DNA of 64,000 nt from Euglena gracilis. Taxonomy: Eukaryota. Where the stretch lies: assembly GCA_039621445.1 (NCBI GenBank), contig CP154954.1:36813703-36877702 (forward strand), in the 5' to 3' direction. Made by a program: the position numbers and the translations under genes. Below, piece after piece: positions 42,251 to 54,700 of the stretch. Below the pieces are notes generated by a model. It did no database searches. It was not told the origin of the DNA and worked only from the letters and a program-made list of their open reading frames with translations. The first letter of the stretch is position 1. Each line of letters begins with the position of its first letter.

Positions 42251-42704
42251 CAGGTCACCCAAGCCACTTTTGACAACCCCTGGCCGACCCCCCCCCCTGG
42301 GGGGGGGTTGGGCTCAAAACCAGTCAATCACTCTGTAAAACCAGTCAGTCAACCCCCAGGGGTCGGCCAGTGCTTCAGCAATTGACTGCATCCAACCCAA
42401 TCAGAAAAAACTTATGAGTCACTTTGTGTGTGAAAAAACAAACAAAACTGAGAACCTTAGACAGAAAAAATTAAGCAGAAACACAAGGGAAGTGATGTGA
42501 GACCTTGGAATAAGCACCCTGGGTGAAAAATCACAAAATGCCATCAATATACACTTCTGTCTGTTCTGTCATAGAGAACAGCGGTTTTGAAGAAATGCTG
42601 CAAATGCAGGCAAGCAAAGCATGAGGTCCTTGAGGGGGGAAAACACAGCCGACAGCCTCAAAAAATACTCAAAACTGAAAGATCAGCTTCGTCTTTGTCG
42701 CTGC

Positions 42705-42783
42705 TCACTGTTTCTCCTTCTGCTTGTGGAAAGTGATATCCAATGACCTGCCATCTAATGGAAATCCATTGAGTGCCTCAAGT
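42705..42783 (-). CDS. Terminal coding exon of the RRM gene
   Basis: Encodes (A)LEALNGFPLDGRSLDITFHKQKEKQ*, with the TGA at 42705-42707. Confidence 0.85.
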
Positions 42784-45700
42784 GAGGCCAAGCTTTGACT
42801 TAGAACAGCACACAAAATTAAACCGCCAAGCATAAAGAACTCAGCGAATACCCCCAAATAATCCACCTCTGAACCAGGGGTTTTTTTCAAGACCGGGGGG
42901 GGGAGGGGGTCCCGGGGGACCCACAAAAAAATGGCCGAAAAATCGCGAAAAGTGCTAAAAATAGAATTTTTTCGGCGCCTGCAGCGCCGAAAAATATATC
43001 CCACCCCCCTCCGGGGGGACCCCCCCGGGGGGGGGAGGGGGTCCGGCGGACCCACCCACCCTACCCCCCCCCCGGGGGTCCAAACTTAAAAAAATCCCTG
43101 CTCTGAACACAACCAAACAAATCTCCATATAAAATAATTACTCTCACAAACCGAAATAAACATACATCCATTTTCCTTGCTTCCTTTCCATCTATGTGGC
43201 ATGGGATATTGTGAAAATTGCATCTTTGTCTCACAATTTTCATATTTGCTCATTTTATGATGTTTGTTTTCATATTTTTTGTGAGTTTTCAATCTGTTTC
43301 AAAATTGGGGTTTTTTCCTGTTTTCTCCCTCAGCATGAGATTTGTCAAAAAAAACCTTTTTTGCTTCTGGAAAAAATTTTCTTCATGTTTTCCCTTTGTG
43401 CTGAAGACAATGGCTATCAAGCTGTGACGGGCTTGACTTTTTATGAAATAAATGTCGCTGAAACAGTGAAATTGACTCAAAGAGAAAGACATTGACTTCA
43501 ATTCTGAATCCACCATCAAATACCCTCAACCCCCCCAGATTGTCCCCTACCCCAAGATGGCCATTCGGCCTGGAAGAAGTTTTGAACCCCCCGTGCCAGA
43601 TGGGGAAAATTGGCCGGCGCTGGGGGGTCAGGTTGGGCCAAACAGAGGAGGGGGTAAAGTTGGGGGTGGCCAAATTCGGCCCACACAGCTCAGGGAGTCA
43701 ATAACCAGGGGCAGGGGGGTCAATACCCGGGGGAGGGGATAAACAAAACTCCTTTGGTGCCAAAAGCAACGAAAGCAGCAAAATTTCCAACGACAACAAA
43801 ATAATGAGTAAAGCTTGGGACAAAATCAAAAAGAATTATTGCCCTAACTACTAATGACTGTTTAAAAAAATACTCAAAAAAGGAACAATAAACCTTGAGC
43901 GACAAAAGAAAAATGTGCAAAATTGGGTGGTCCATGGTGGTCCATAACATGTGGAGCGATGCGCCAGGAGGTGAGAAATTTTGGTCCAGCGTTCGCGCAG
44001 GACCTGAAATGATTTGATTTTGGGGCCCCCTCCTTATGTGAAAGCCCCAATTGCGTACATTTTATTCTTCTGGAACAAGGCGCTGCAATTGCAAAAAAAA
44101 ACCCGAAATTTCCACTCGATTTTTTGTGTATTCACAGAAGCGAAGCAGGAAACATAGGGATTCTCTCCAGCCGGATGTTTTCGAAGGGCCTCAAGGGGTT
44201 TTAAAATTTGGAGAGGGGGTCAGGGCAGGTTTCTTGTTTGGATTTTCAAATATGAGACCCCACTTCCAGCCATGCTTGTGCTTACCAACCGGGGGGGGGG
44301 GGTGGGTGCTATAGGGTGCCTGCCCCTAGCAGGCCCCCCCCCCCCGGGGGGGGGGGATAGGGGTCCAGGCCGGACCCAGAACATTTTCATTGAAAATGGC
44401 CGTTTCCGGGCCCCCGGCGCCTTCGGCGCCGGGGTCGGAGGGGGGTGCCTGCTAGGGGCAGGCACCCTCCGAAACCCTACCCCCCCCCGGGGGGGGGGGT
44501 CGGATCGGGTGCTATGGGGTGCCTGCCCCTAGCACCCACCCCCCCCCGTGGGGTAGGCACCCGACTAAGCACAAGCCTGCTTCCAGCCATACATCTCTTT
44601 AAGGACCCCGGGGGGGGGTTGCTGGGCTAGGGCTAGAAATTTGGGCTGGCTAGAAATTTGGGCTGGCTAGCCCGCCCCCCCCCCCCCGGGGGGGGGGGCT
44701 AGGCCCCGGCTGGACCCGAACCGGGGCGAGCTGGACTGAAATCGGAAAAATGCCCAAAAATGACCTGCAGAACACAGTTTTGAAAAAATGATGCATCTGA
44801 AACCCCCCAAAAATGCCCCAAACGCCCCCCAAACCCCATTTTTGGCCACTTTTGAACACAATTTTTCAAAAAATTTCGGCTGGACCCCCCAAAAAGGGGC
44901 TGGCTAGCTGGGCTAGCAGCACCCCCCCCCGGGGGGGGGTGCTGCTGCGGCTGGGCTGGGCCCAAATCGGGGCTGGCTGCAGCCGCCCCCCCCCCCCGGG
45001 GGGGGTTCGCAAAACCTTAGAGATCTATGCTTCCAGCCTTCACTTTGCCTTGTTTTCTTTTTCTTGTCAAAAATCAGGCCACCGAGAAGAGGACATATAG
45101 TCGACAGTGGCAAGACCTCATCCGCATTGGCTAAGCTGATCTCGACATTCCCTCGAAATCTTGGCTGAAAAGAAAAAACCCACCTGGATTTGGGCCTTTT
45201 TGCCTGTTTCTGGGTTCCCGCCGGGTCCAGCCCAGTAGCTGGTAGGACCTCCCCTGGATCTCCCCCTCCCCGAGGGGTGGTAGAGCCTGAAACCTTTTTC
45301 CAGCCATCCATTCCCTGACAGCAACCCAGGGACAACTGCCCAGGGACATTCAAATTCCATCATTTTGCGGGTTTTTTTTGGAAATTTCAGCATTTTGGCG
45401 GATTTGCACTTTTCCACCAGAATCCCAAGACAACCTAAGATTGCGCGCTCCAGTTCAGTTTGCCCCAGTCAGATTGTTGCAGGTGAACAGAAAACCCCAA
45501 AAAAGTTTCAAAAAGGCTACTTTGGTCATTTTGATTCCTTTTTTCAGTTGAATCCGGCTTCGGCAGGCTGCAAAAAGTTTATTGCCGCTCGACCCCTTGG
45601 GGGCAGGAAGGCCTGGTGGGGGGGGGGTCGGACCCCCCACCCGGGAGGTGGGGGGGGTGGGCCGAAAATTTTGCTTTAGAAGAGATTGCTTGTACCCCAG

Positions 45701-48700
45701 AGTTTGCTGTCAGAGAAAAATTTTGGAAGCGGATGTGAAGTGTGGCCATCTCTGTGTGAATGTTTGACATTCCAATGCGAGACATTGAGGAACAGCTTTG
45801 GAGCAGTTTTTTGGAAGATTCCTTCGCCTCCCACATTTGTGAAACTTTGAGTGCTAGCTTTGCCCCACTTTTGGATGGAAGATGCGAAGTCATCTTGTAG
45901 GATCAATATGCAGACCATACATCTCTCTAAGGACCCCGGGGGGGGGGTTGCTGGGCTAGGGCTAGAAATTTGGGCTGGCTAGAAATTTGGGCTGGCTAGC
46001 CCGCCCCCCCCCCCGGGGGGGGGGCTGGACCCCGGCTGGACCCGAACCGGGGCGAGCTGGACTGAAATCGGAAAAATGCCCAAAAATGACCTGCAGAACA
46101 CAGTTTTGAAAAAATGATGCATCTGAAACCCCCCAAAAATGCCCCAAACGCCCCCCAAACCCCATTTTTGGCCACTTTTGAACACAGTTTTTCAAAAAAT
46201 TTCGGCGCTTCGCGCCGAAAAATTTTGGGCTGGACCCCCCAAAAAGGGGCTGGCTAGCTGGGCTAGCAGCACCCCCCCCCCGGGGGGGGTGCTGCTGCGG
46301 CTGGGCTGGGCCCAAATCAGGGCTGGCTGCAGCCGCCCCCCCCCCCCCCGGGGGGGTTCGCAAAACCTTAGAGAGATGTATGATGCAGACCCTTGAAGAC
46401 ATTCCCACCAACTCCATTTGAATCTTAACATCTGCTGTGAAATTTTCAGTTCCTTGGTTCAGATTGTTTCAGACGGGTTTCCCTGCAAAATTGTCCATCA
46501 GGGCCTAAATTTCATGGGCAGGGGTTTTTTTAAGACCGGGGGGGTCCCCCCCCCCACCCACCCACCCCCTGGGGGGGGTCCCGGGGGACCCACAAAAAAA
46601 TGGCCGAAAATCGCGAAAAGTGCTGAAAATAGAATTTTTTCGGCGCCTTCGGCGCCGAAAAATATATCCCACCCCCCTCCGGGGGGACCCCCCCAGGGGG
46701 GGGGGGCTCGGCCGGACCCACCCACCCTACCCCCCCCCAGGGGGTCCATGACTAAAAAAACCCCTGTTCATGGGTCAGAGGGGCCAATTATTCATGTCCC
46801 CGGGGGCCCTAAAGATACGTCCTCCATTCTCCCATTTCCTGCCCGGCGGGGGGCCAACGAAAATGTCCGGCCGGGTCCAACAATTGTGTCTGTCGGCTGT
46901 AAGGCGGGACCCCACCATTGCCCTCCAGGGGGGGGGGGTCCAGCCAGCCAGCCAGCACTTTTTTTCCCAGTCAGCAGCTCCAAGTTGGGCTGCAACCCCC
47001 CCCCTTTCCGCGGGCACCGATTTTTAGGTCAAAGTTTTCCTTCGGCGCCGAAGGAATTCTCTTTGAGCAGGTGCCATGGTGGGTGGGGGGGTCATGGTGG
47101 GTTTTGTGATCACTGCGCATCATGCAAGCCAGAGGCAACCGCTAATATGACGAGACGCACTGCTCTTAAACATTTGGGGCTCTGTGGTCACCTTCAAATT
47201 TTTTTTTAAAAAACCAAAAACGGTTTTTGGGGTTTTTTTATGATCCTCTTTTTTCAAAAAAAAAAAACTCTAGCTGTGGAACCAGACAGGGGGTCCTGGA
47301 CATCCTCAACCCTATCCTATGGACCAAACCTGTCCACCTAAAAATTCACAAAAAATGTCTTTTCCAGAATAAATTGTTGCTTTTCCAGGAACCTCACCAA
47401 CCTGTCACAAATGATTCTCCAACGTTCAGGAAAAAACGGCTCCGTGGTTCATCACCAGGTGATCTAGGACGCAAAATGGATATCATCTGGATTTGATGAA
47501 TCACAAATCGTTCTGGTTGACGAACGTGCAATATCATTCACTTAAAATGTTTGTTTCAGACCTTTGTTTTGTGAAACCCGACAAAAGAAAATCTCTGTTT
47601 TCCGGGTTTTGTTATTCTAAAAGAAGTGGCCCGGGTGGCATTTCCCCTCCCTCATTGGCCAAAGAAGGGGTGCAGCCCGCCAAGGGGCGGTGTTGATGCA
47701 ACCAATTTACCCTTGAAGTGTTTACACGTCTGCACCTCACAACCCAATAGCAAATAAGCAGTTCGTGGAGGTCTAGTCTGCTCCTTGCAGTCTTTTCCAT
47801 CCACCCAGAAAAACGTCATTGGTCTCACACAGAAGTGTCCACGGGGGCTCAACAAAAATGCCTTTGGGGGTCTAAATTTCTCGTCCACCGGGGATCAATA
47901 ATTGTGTCCGTTTCTCGGGAATGTGTTCGTGAGGGACAACAAAACTTGGCCGGGAGGGATCTTCATTTTGTCCAAAATTCCCTACTCGGGTGTCCGCTAG
48001 CTGTAAGAAAGTCCCTGGTTGTCATGCAGCCCCCCCCCCCCCACCCCACCCCAGGAGGCTGTCCTAAAGGTTTTCAAATATTTTCCACACGCTGTATAAA
48101 TGGGTTGCTGGTCAGAGTTGTAAGAACCCATGGGAGTGTGGGGGATAACAGCAACTACCACGTTGGGGCGCTTCTGAGGATCCTCTGTGTCAAAGCTTGT
48201 CTGCAGCCCTCGCATCAGCTGCCCTCATGAATTTTGTTGGTAGCCCCCTTAATCAAGAAAACCTTCATCAAAATAAACCACCCACCCATCACCCCATTAC
48301 TCCAGCATGGGGCTCGCATAGGGGGGCAGGGTATTAATGAGAGAGGGGAGGGGGGAGGGGGGTTGTCCTGGACCCCCTCCCCACTGGGCTTAAAAAAAAC
48401 CGGTGAAGCGTGGAAAAATTTTTGAGGGGCTTTAAAAAAAATGCCCAAAATTGTGTTTTCAGGTGATTTTTTTCTCCAAAATGACAACGGCCCTGGGGGG
48501 AAGGGGGGTGGTCTGGACCCCCCCGCACAAAACCAACGCTCACTTGATACCCTGCGGGGGGAGTGAGGGTTCGTTATAAAAGCAGGTGGGGATGGACAAA
48601 AAAAAACTTTGACCGCCAGAATTTTCCCAGAATATTTTCAGCACATGTTGTCGAAAATGCAAAAAAAATTCTGCGCAAAGCGGCAGAAGGAACAAATTTG

Positions 48701-51700
48701 AGCTTTTAGGTGGGGGATGGTCCCGGGTACTCCCTCTCCTGGGTGGATCAGACAAGAAGGAGATTGAAAACCACATTATTCCAGCCAAATCAGAAATACA
48801 CCTCAAACTTTGGACCACATGCTCCCCATCCCCAATACAGCAAAAAAGCAGAGCGTTTGTGAAAAGAACACGCACACATGTCAAAATGCGAGTGTTTCGT
48901 GCATTTTAATAGATACCTGAGTCAGACAGTACACAGTTTTAGCAATCTTTTGGTCTCTTGAACCATTTGATAAGAGAGGGTTGAGCCAGAGAACACTTGG
49001 CGCATAAAACAGAGTGTTTCCCGTCAACAGAAGTCCAAAAAGCCTATTTTTTTACACCCGGCGCAAAGTGCCGAAGGTTTTTGGGGCCGCACACAAGGGT
49101 AATTAATTAGATCCAATTAGATGGTGGGTGGGCAAGGGGTGGGGGGGGTAATGGTGGCGGTGGTGCTGGTAGGATTATTGAATTGCATTGTACCTTCCCT
49201 GACAAGTCTGAGGATTTAACTCACAGACAGCCAGCATGGTCCGGGAACAGAATGATCCTCCCCCAATTTATTGTGCGTGTGTGTGTGTGTGTGTGTGCCC
49301 GACGGGGGGTCATACCCTGACCTGCAACCCCCGACCGGGGGGGGGGGTCGCGCAACCAGGTGCCAAAAAAACCTGGTTATTTCAGGTCAACTACAACCCC
49401 CCGGGGGGGCTGCTGCTGCTGCTGTTAAACTCTCCCCCAAATAATACCCCCCCCCCTCAGGGTCTGACTTCGGCCGCCAAAATAATACCCTCCCAGGCTT
49501 TTGCTTAAGGAACCCCGGGGGGGGGGGTACTGGCTAGGCAATCGGCTAGACACTGGAAAAAAATGGACTAGCTAGACCCCCTCCCCCCCCCGGGGGGGTC
49601 CGGGGGTCCCCCCAACTGGAAAAAATTTTTCCTCCAGCGCTGCGCGCCGAGGTAAAAATGAGGTTTTTAACAGATTTTTGGCTGATTTTGTTCCAAAAAA
49701 TTACCAAAAAATGGCCATTTTTGGGGGTCCCCAAAAAAAAATTCCGGCGCTTCGCGCCGGTCACTGGAAAAAAATTTTTCACTACCAATTTTCCACTACC
49801 ATGCCCCCCCATATAAGACCCCCGGGGGGTACTGCAATCCCTTAAGCAGAAGCCTGCCCCCCCCCCCCGGTGTCGGGACGAAGGCCCAGGTTTTTGACCT
49901 GAAAATGTAGGTAAAAAATACAGTTTCTGACAACAAATTACGAAAAAAAAATTGATTTTTCTGGATGGCCTCAAAAAAAAAGCTAAATTTCATGAGAAAG
50001 TACAAAAAATGACCCCAAAGGGGAGTTTTGGCGCTATTTTTGCTCCTACGGAACTCCAAAAAATTTCAATTTTTTTTTCGGAATTATACCCCCCCCCCCC
50101 GGGCCGGGACTTCGGGCGAAAAAATGATACCCGGGGGGGGGGTGTTATTTGGGGGGGGGTTTACCACTGCCCTGCCATCAGCACTATTCCCTCAAACATA
50201 ATACTAAAGATATAAACATTGGTGGTGGTGTTGTTGTTATTGTTGTTGATTATTCTTATTATAATTCACTTTGCTTTTATTGTTTATTGATCATTTTGAC
50301 ATCAAATTGTTTCATTCACCATGAGAAATTGATGATGAACTGCATTAAAGATACTTAGAGGGCTAGGCACAAATCCGTAACCCTTGGATAAACCACGACT
50401 GAAATCCATTTCGACACGAATGGAGGCAATTGCTCCAAATTGAGCAAAAAGACGATACATAGCAAGCTCATCCACATTGCTGGATAAAGACGGAACCAGG
50501 CTTCTTTTTAAGACCGTGTCCTGGTCTGTGAACCACAGCCCCTGCCCCCCCCTTCTTTCAGGTAACCCTTGATCTTCGACACCGCATTGCAGCATCGAAG
50601 AGTGGGCGGAGGTGAGGTGTGTCCGTTAAAAACAAAAAAAATGGTGACTCCATGCTACTTTTGACTCACGTTTTACTCACCATTTCAGAGTCCTTTTACT
50701 ATAAGCCATAGGTACGGCAGAAATGTCCAAAAATCAGACCCTCCTGAATGTGTGCCAAAAATCGGGTCGTTTCAGGAAGCGATTTCCTGCTTCATTACTC
50801 TCCTGATTTCACTGTTCTGAGTTAAATAGAAGCCCGAACCGAACGAATAAATTTGAGCCCTCCTCAGGGGCTTCGGCGCTCACCACAGGGATGTGAACTT
50901 GCTTGTTGCGCAATTGCATTGGAATTGTTGCATATGCAAAATCTTGATACGGATCCAAAGCTGGATAGGTGTAACTTCGCCCAAGTGGATGTTGTCCACC
51001 AAACACAGATGATGCCAGGGGATTATAGAACACCATGGGGGAGCAGGCTGGCGGAAAACACTGGCAATCCCTTCAACCCCACTCCATCCCCTCAGAAGCA
51101 CGGACTTGAAAAAGAGGAAACTTAAAAGCAGAGCTGGTGTGAGGCAAAACAGTCTACCCGTCAGAGGTTCTCAAGGACCCAAGGGGGGGGGAGTCCCATG
51201 GGCCGGCTGAAAAAAAAGTGCTGTCTGGACCCCCCCCTTAATTCGGAACCCCCTGAAGCAGGGCAGAACGGGAAAGCCTGGTGGGGGGGGTCCGACCCAC
51301 CCCCACCCAGGAGGTGGGGGGAGGGTCGGACCCCCCCACCCACCATAGCGTTTTCACCAATTTTGGGAAAGCGGGGATTTTGGCCGGGGAAATTTTTTTG
51401 AAAAATGAACCCAAAATACATGACTTTTTTTTATGGAAAACCACATATTTTTTTTCACAAAAAAAATCTCGAAAATTTTAGGTTTAAAAATTAGGTTTAG
51501 GTTTAAATTTTAGGTTTAAAAAAAAAGAGAAGTGTGGAAAAAAAAACGAAGGTCAAAAAAAATTGGTCAAAATTTTTTTGGCACACTCGAATTTTACTGA
51601 AATTTTTTTCTTGGAAATTTTTGGATTTTCAATGGCATTTTTTTGCTTCAAAAACCTCTCAAAATCAAAATTTTGAGAAAATGTTGAAATTTTGGAAGGT

Positions 51701-54700
51701 GCGAAAAAATGGGGGTTTGGGGGTTTTGTAACCTGCGACTGAGGGGTGGTCGTAAATGAGGGGTGGTTGAAATACAAAGGGGGGGGGCAGGTGATGTGAG
51801 GGATCAGAGAGAAAGGACCAAAACAATTTCAGTACCCAAGGCGGTTTTGAACCATTGCTCAAAATTTATCCCCAAAATGACAATTCTATCATAAATACTC
51901 AGTCGATGCCGGGGGGGGGGGGGTTGCAGTCCTGCTGGAAACTGGAAGCTGCTGGCAAGGGGTAATCAATAATTGGCGTTCATAAATGGGGGCCATTCTG
52001 GCTTCAGGAATCCCCTGGAAGGCATGTAGAATTGTGGGTTTGCGTCGCGAAAATTTCTCTTCTTTGAAATAAACAGCATCTCCACGAATGCAAGCGTTGA
52101 AAAAATGAATGCAAAAAAAACTGATGTCCTTCCTGCGACCATTCAATTTGGCCAAACAACGCCCCCGTGACGCCTGCAACTGAGGGGGAAAGGGGGAAAA
52201 TGCCTGCAGCTGAGGGGGCCCCCAGGATTTTCTTGAGGCCCGGGGGGTCCTGTGGGAGGGCTGCTGGAAGAAAGGTGCTGGCTGGGCTCCGTGCGGATTC
52301 CTGGGGGTGCTCATCCTGGGGGTGATGCCGACCTGTGGTCGGCCCGACCCCTGTTGGTGGGATACCGACCTCTGGGGGTCGGGCCGACCTGGTCGGCCCG
52401 ACCCCCAGAAATCCGCATTACCCCCCCCACCTTTTGGAAAATTAAGCCCCCCCCCCTTCGTTTGAATAGATGAATTGTTATGTGAGGTAAAAATTTAATT
52501 AAAAAAATGAGAAAAAAACCCTTTTATCTGCCAACCCCTTTCATTAACAAAATAAACCCCTTTTATCCGCCAACCCCTTTTCGGGTGCAAGTCGACCTAA
52601 CCCTATCCCTTTCGTTAACAAAATAAACCCCTTTTATCCGCCAACCCCTTCTCGCATGCAAGTCGACCTAACCCTATCCCTTTCATTAACAAAATAAACC
52701 CCTTTTATCTGCCAACCCCTTTTCGGGTGCAAGTCGACCTAACCCTATCCCTTTCATTAACAAAATAAACCCCGTTTATCTGCCAACCCCTTCTCGGGTG
52801 CAAGTCAACCTAACCCTATCCCTTTCATTAACAAAATAAACCCCTTTTATCTGCCAACCCCTTTTCGGGTGCAAGTCGACCTAACCCTATACCTTTCATT
52901 AACAAAATAAACCCCTTTTGTCTGCCAACCCCTTCTCGGGTGCAAGTCGACCTAACCCTATCCCTTTCATTAACAAAATAAACCCCTTTCATCTGCCAAC
53001 CCTTTTCGGGTGCATGTTGATCTCGTCTTTTGGAAACCCGGGGGGGGGGGAGCTTAAATTTCCAAGTCGACCTAAACCATCCCTTTCATTAACAAAATAA
53101 ACTTCTTTTATCTGCCAACCCCTTTTCGGGTGCAAGTCGACCTAACCCTATCCCTTTCATTAACAAAATAAACCCCGTTTATCTGCCAACCCCTTCTCGG
53201 GTGCAAATCGACCTAACCCTATCCCTTTCATTAACAAAATAAACCCCTTTTATCTGCCAACCCCTTTTCGGGTGCATGTTGATCTCGTCTTTTGGAAACC
53301 CGGGGGGGGGTTAAATTTCCAAAGAGGGGGGGGGTAATGCAGATTTCTGGGGGTGATACCGACCTGGTCGGCATCACCCCCAGGGGTAGTTACCGACCTG
53401 GTCGGCCCGACCATGGTCGGGCCGACCAGGTGGTCGGGCCGACCAGGTCGGCATCACCCCCAGGATGGTCACCCCCAGGAATCCGCCCGGGGCCTGCTGG
53501 CTGGGCCGGCTGGCTGGGAGCTGGACTCAGCAGGTATCCAAAAAGTGCCCAAAAACACCCAAATCCAGCTGGGTTGGCATTACTCAGCCAAATTTTGAGG
53601 TGAAGGTCCAAAAAACCACCCAAAAATGAAATTCTGGGCCATTTTTGACCCGTTTCCAAAATTTTCGGCTGCTTGTGCCGAAATCATTTTCAATAAAGCC
53701 TGGTTTTGGAAGGAGGGGACCCTGCCTGCCCCAATGTGTTCGACCCACAATCTTGGAAGGCACATTTGAATGGGAGAAGACGGTGGATGGGCAGGGTATA
53801 AAATGAGATGGGGAGGAGGGGGTTCTGGAACCCTCCCCCAGAGGGGGTGAGTCAGCCCCCTCCCAGAGCAAAAAAATTCAGCACAAAATGCCAGAAAATC
53901 TTTGGGCCTTGAAAAAAGCCCAAAGGTGAGTGGCTTGGGTGGACCAAAAAAAGGCAACAACCAAAACAGTATTTCATTGCTGTTATAATCGTGGTGAACA
54001 GCAGCATTATGGAGTCAAAAAGAATGCTTTTAAATGAACTTTCCCAAATACTCAACGGCATTGTTTTTGAAAAATTGTGATTGTTCAAAAGGAAAAAGTG
54101 CCAACCTTCGTATTGGCTTCTGTTTCATGGCTGGTGGCCTTGGTCAGTGGATGTTTCTTTCAGGGGGGGGAATAATTGATATCGGAGGCCTTCGGAAAAA
54201 TTGCGGAAAAATTGCGGAAAAATTGCGGAAATTGCGGAAAAATTGCGGAAAAATTGATATCGGGTATACACATTTCTGTCTGAGGGGACTTAGAAATTTT
54301 TCAATTGTGAGGTTCAGAACACCGCAACACCCACGTCGATGCAGGCGAGCACAAATCAACACGCTTGATGTTTTTTGCACAGGTGGGACGCACCCAATCC
54401 TGTGACCAGTGGTGCACCTGTGAGAAAAATTGGTAAACTGGGGGGGGAAAAAACAAAACGCAATAGCACACCTGTTGATACATTTGAAGAATGGCTTGAA
54501 CTCATTGCATCTTCCATCTTCGGTGGTGGGAAAAAAATTCTGCGGAAAAAAAATGGGAAAAAATTGCGGAAATTGCGGAAAAATTGCGGAAAATTGCGGA
54601 AAATTGCGGAAAATTGCGGAAATTGCGGAAAAATTGCGGATATCAATTTTCCCCCCCTGTTCTTTTTTAAAAAAATTGAACTGCAAGCAATCAGAAGGGG

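Larger units (their letters stand above)
42784..48202 (-). other. Nonconventional intron, 5419 bp, filled with MITEs
   Basis: Starts aga-CAAGCTTTGAC and ends GTCAAAGCTTG-gcctc. Perfect 11-bp stem in the +4/-6 register. Confidence 0.85.

Noticed and set aside
51100-51135. Pyrimidine tract plus AG as a spliced-leader or cis acceptor
   Set aside because: An in-frame TGA follows before the linker coding region, and an upstream RRM exon exists. It cannot be resolved without cDNA.
52520-53290. CRISPR-like regular array
   Set aside because: Units are near-identical along their full length with no unique spacers, there are no cas genes, and the context is eukaryotic.
54088-54145. Minus-strand RPPAMKQKPIRR as a linker exon
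   Set aside because: No convincing end-pairing or phase match with neighbouring exons was found.
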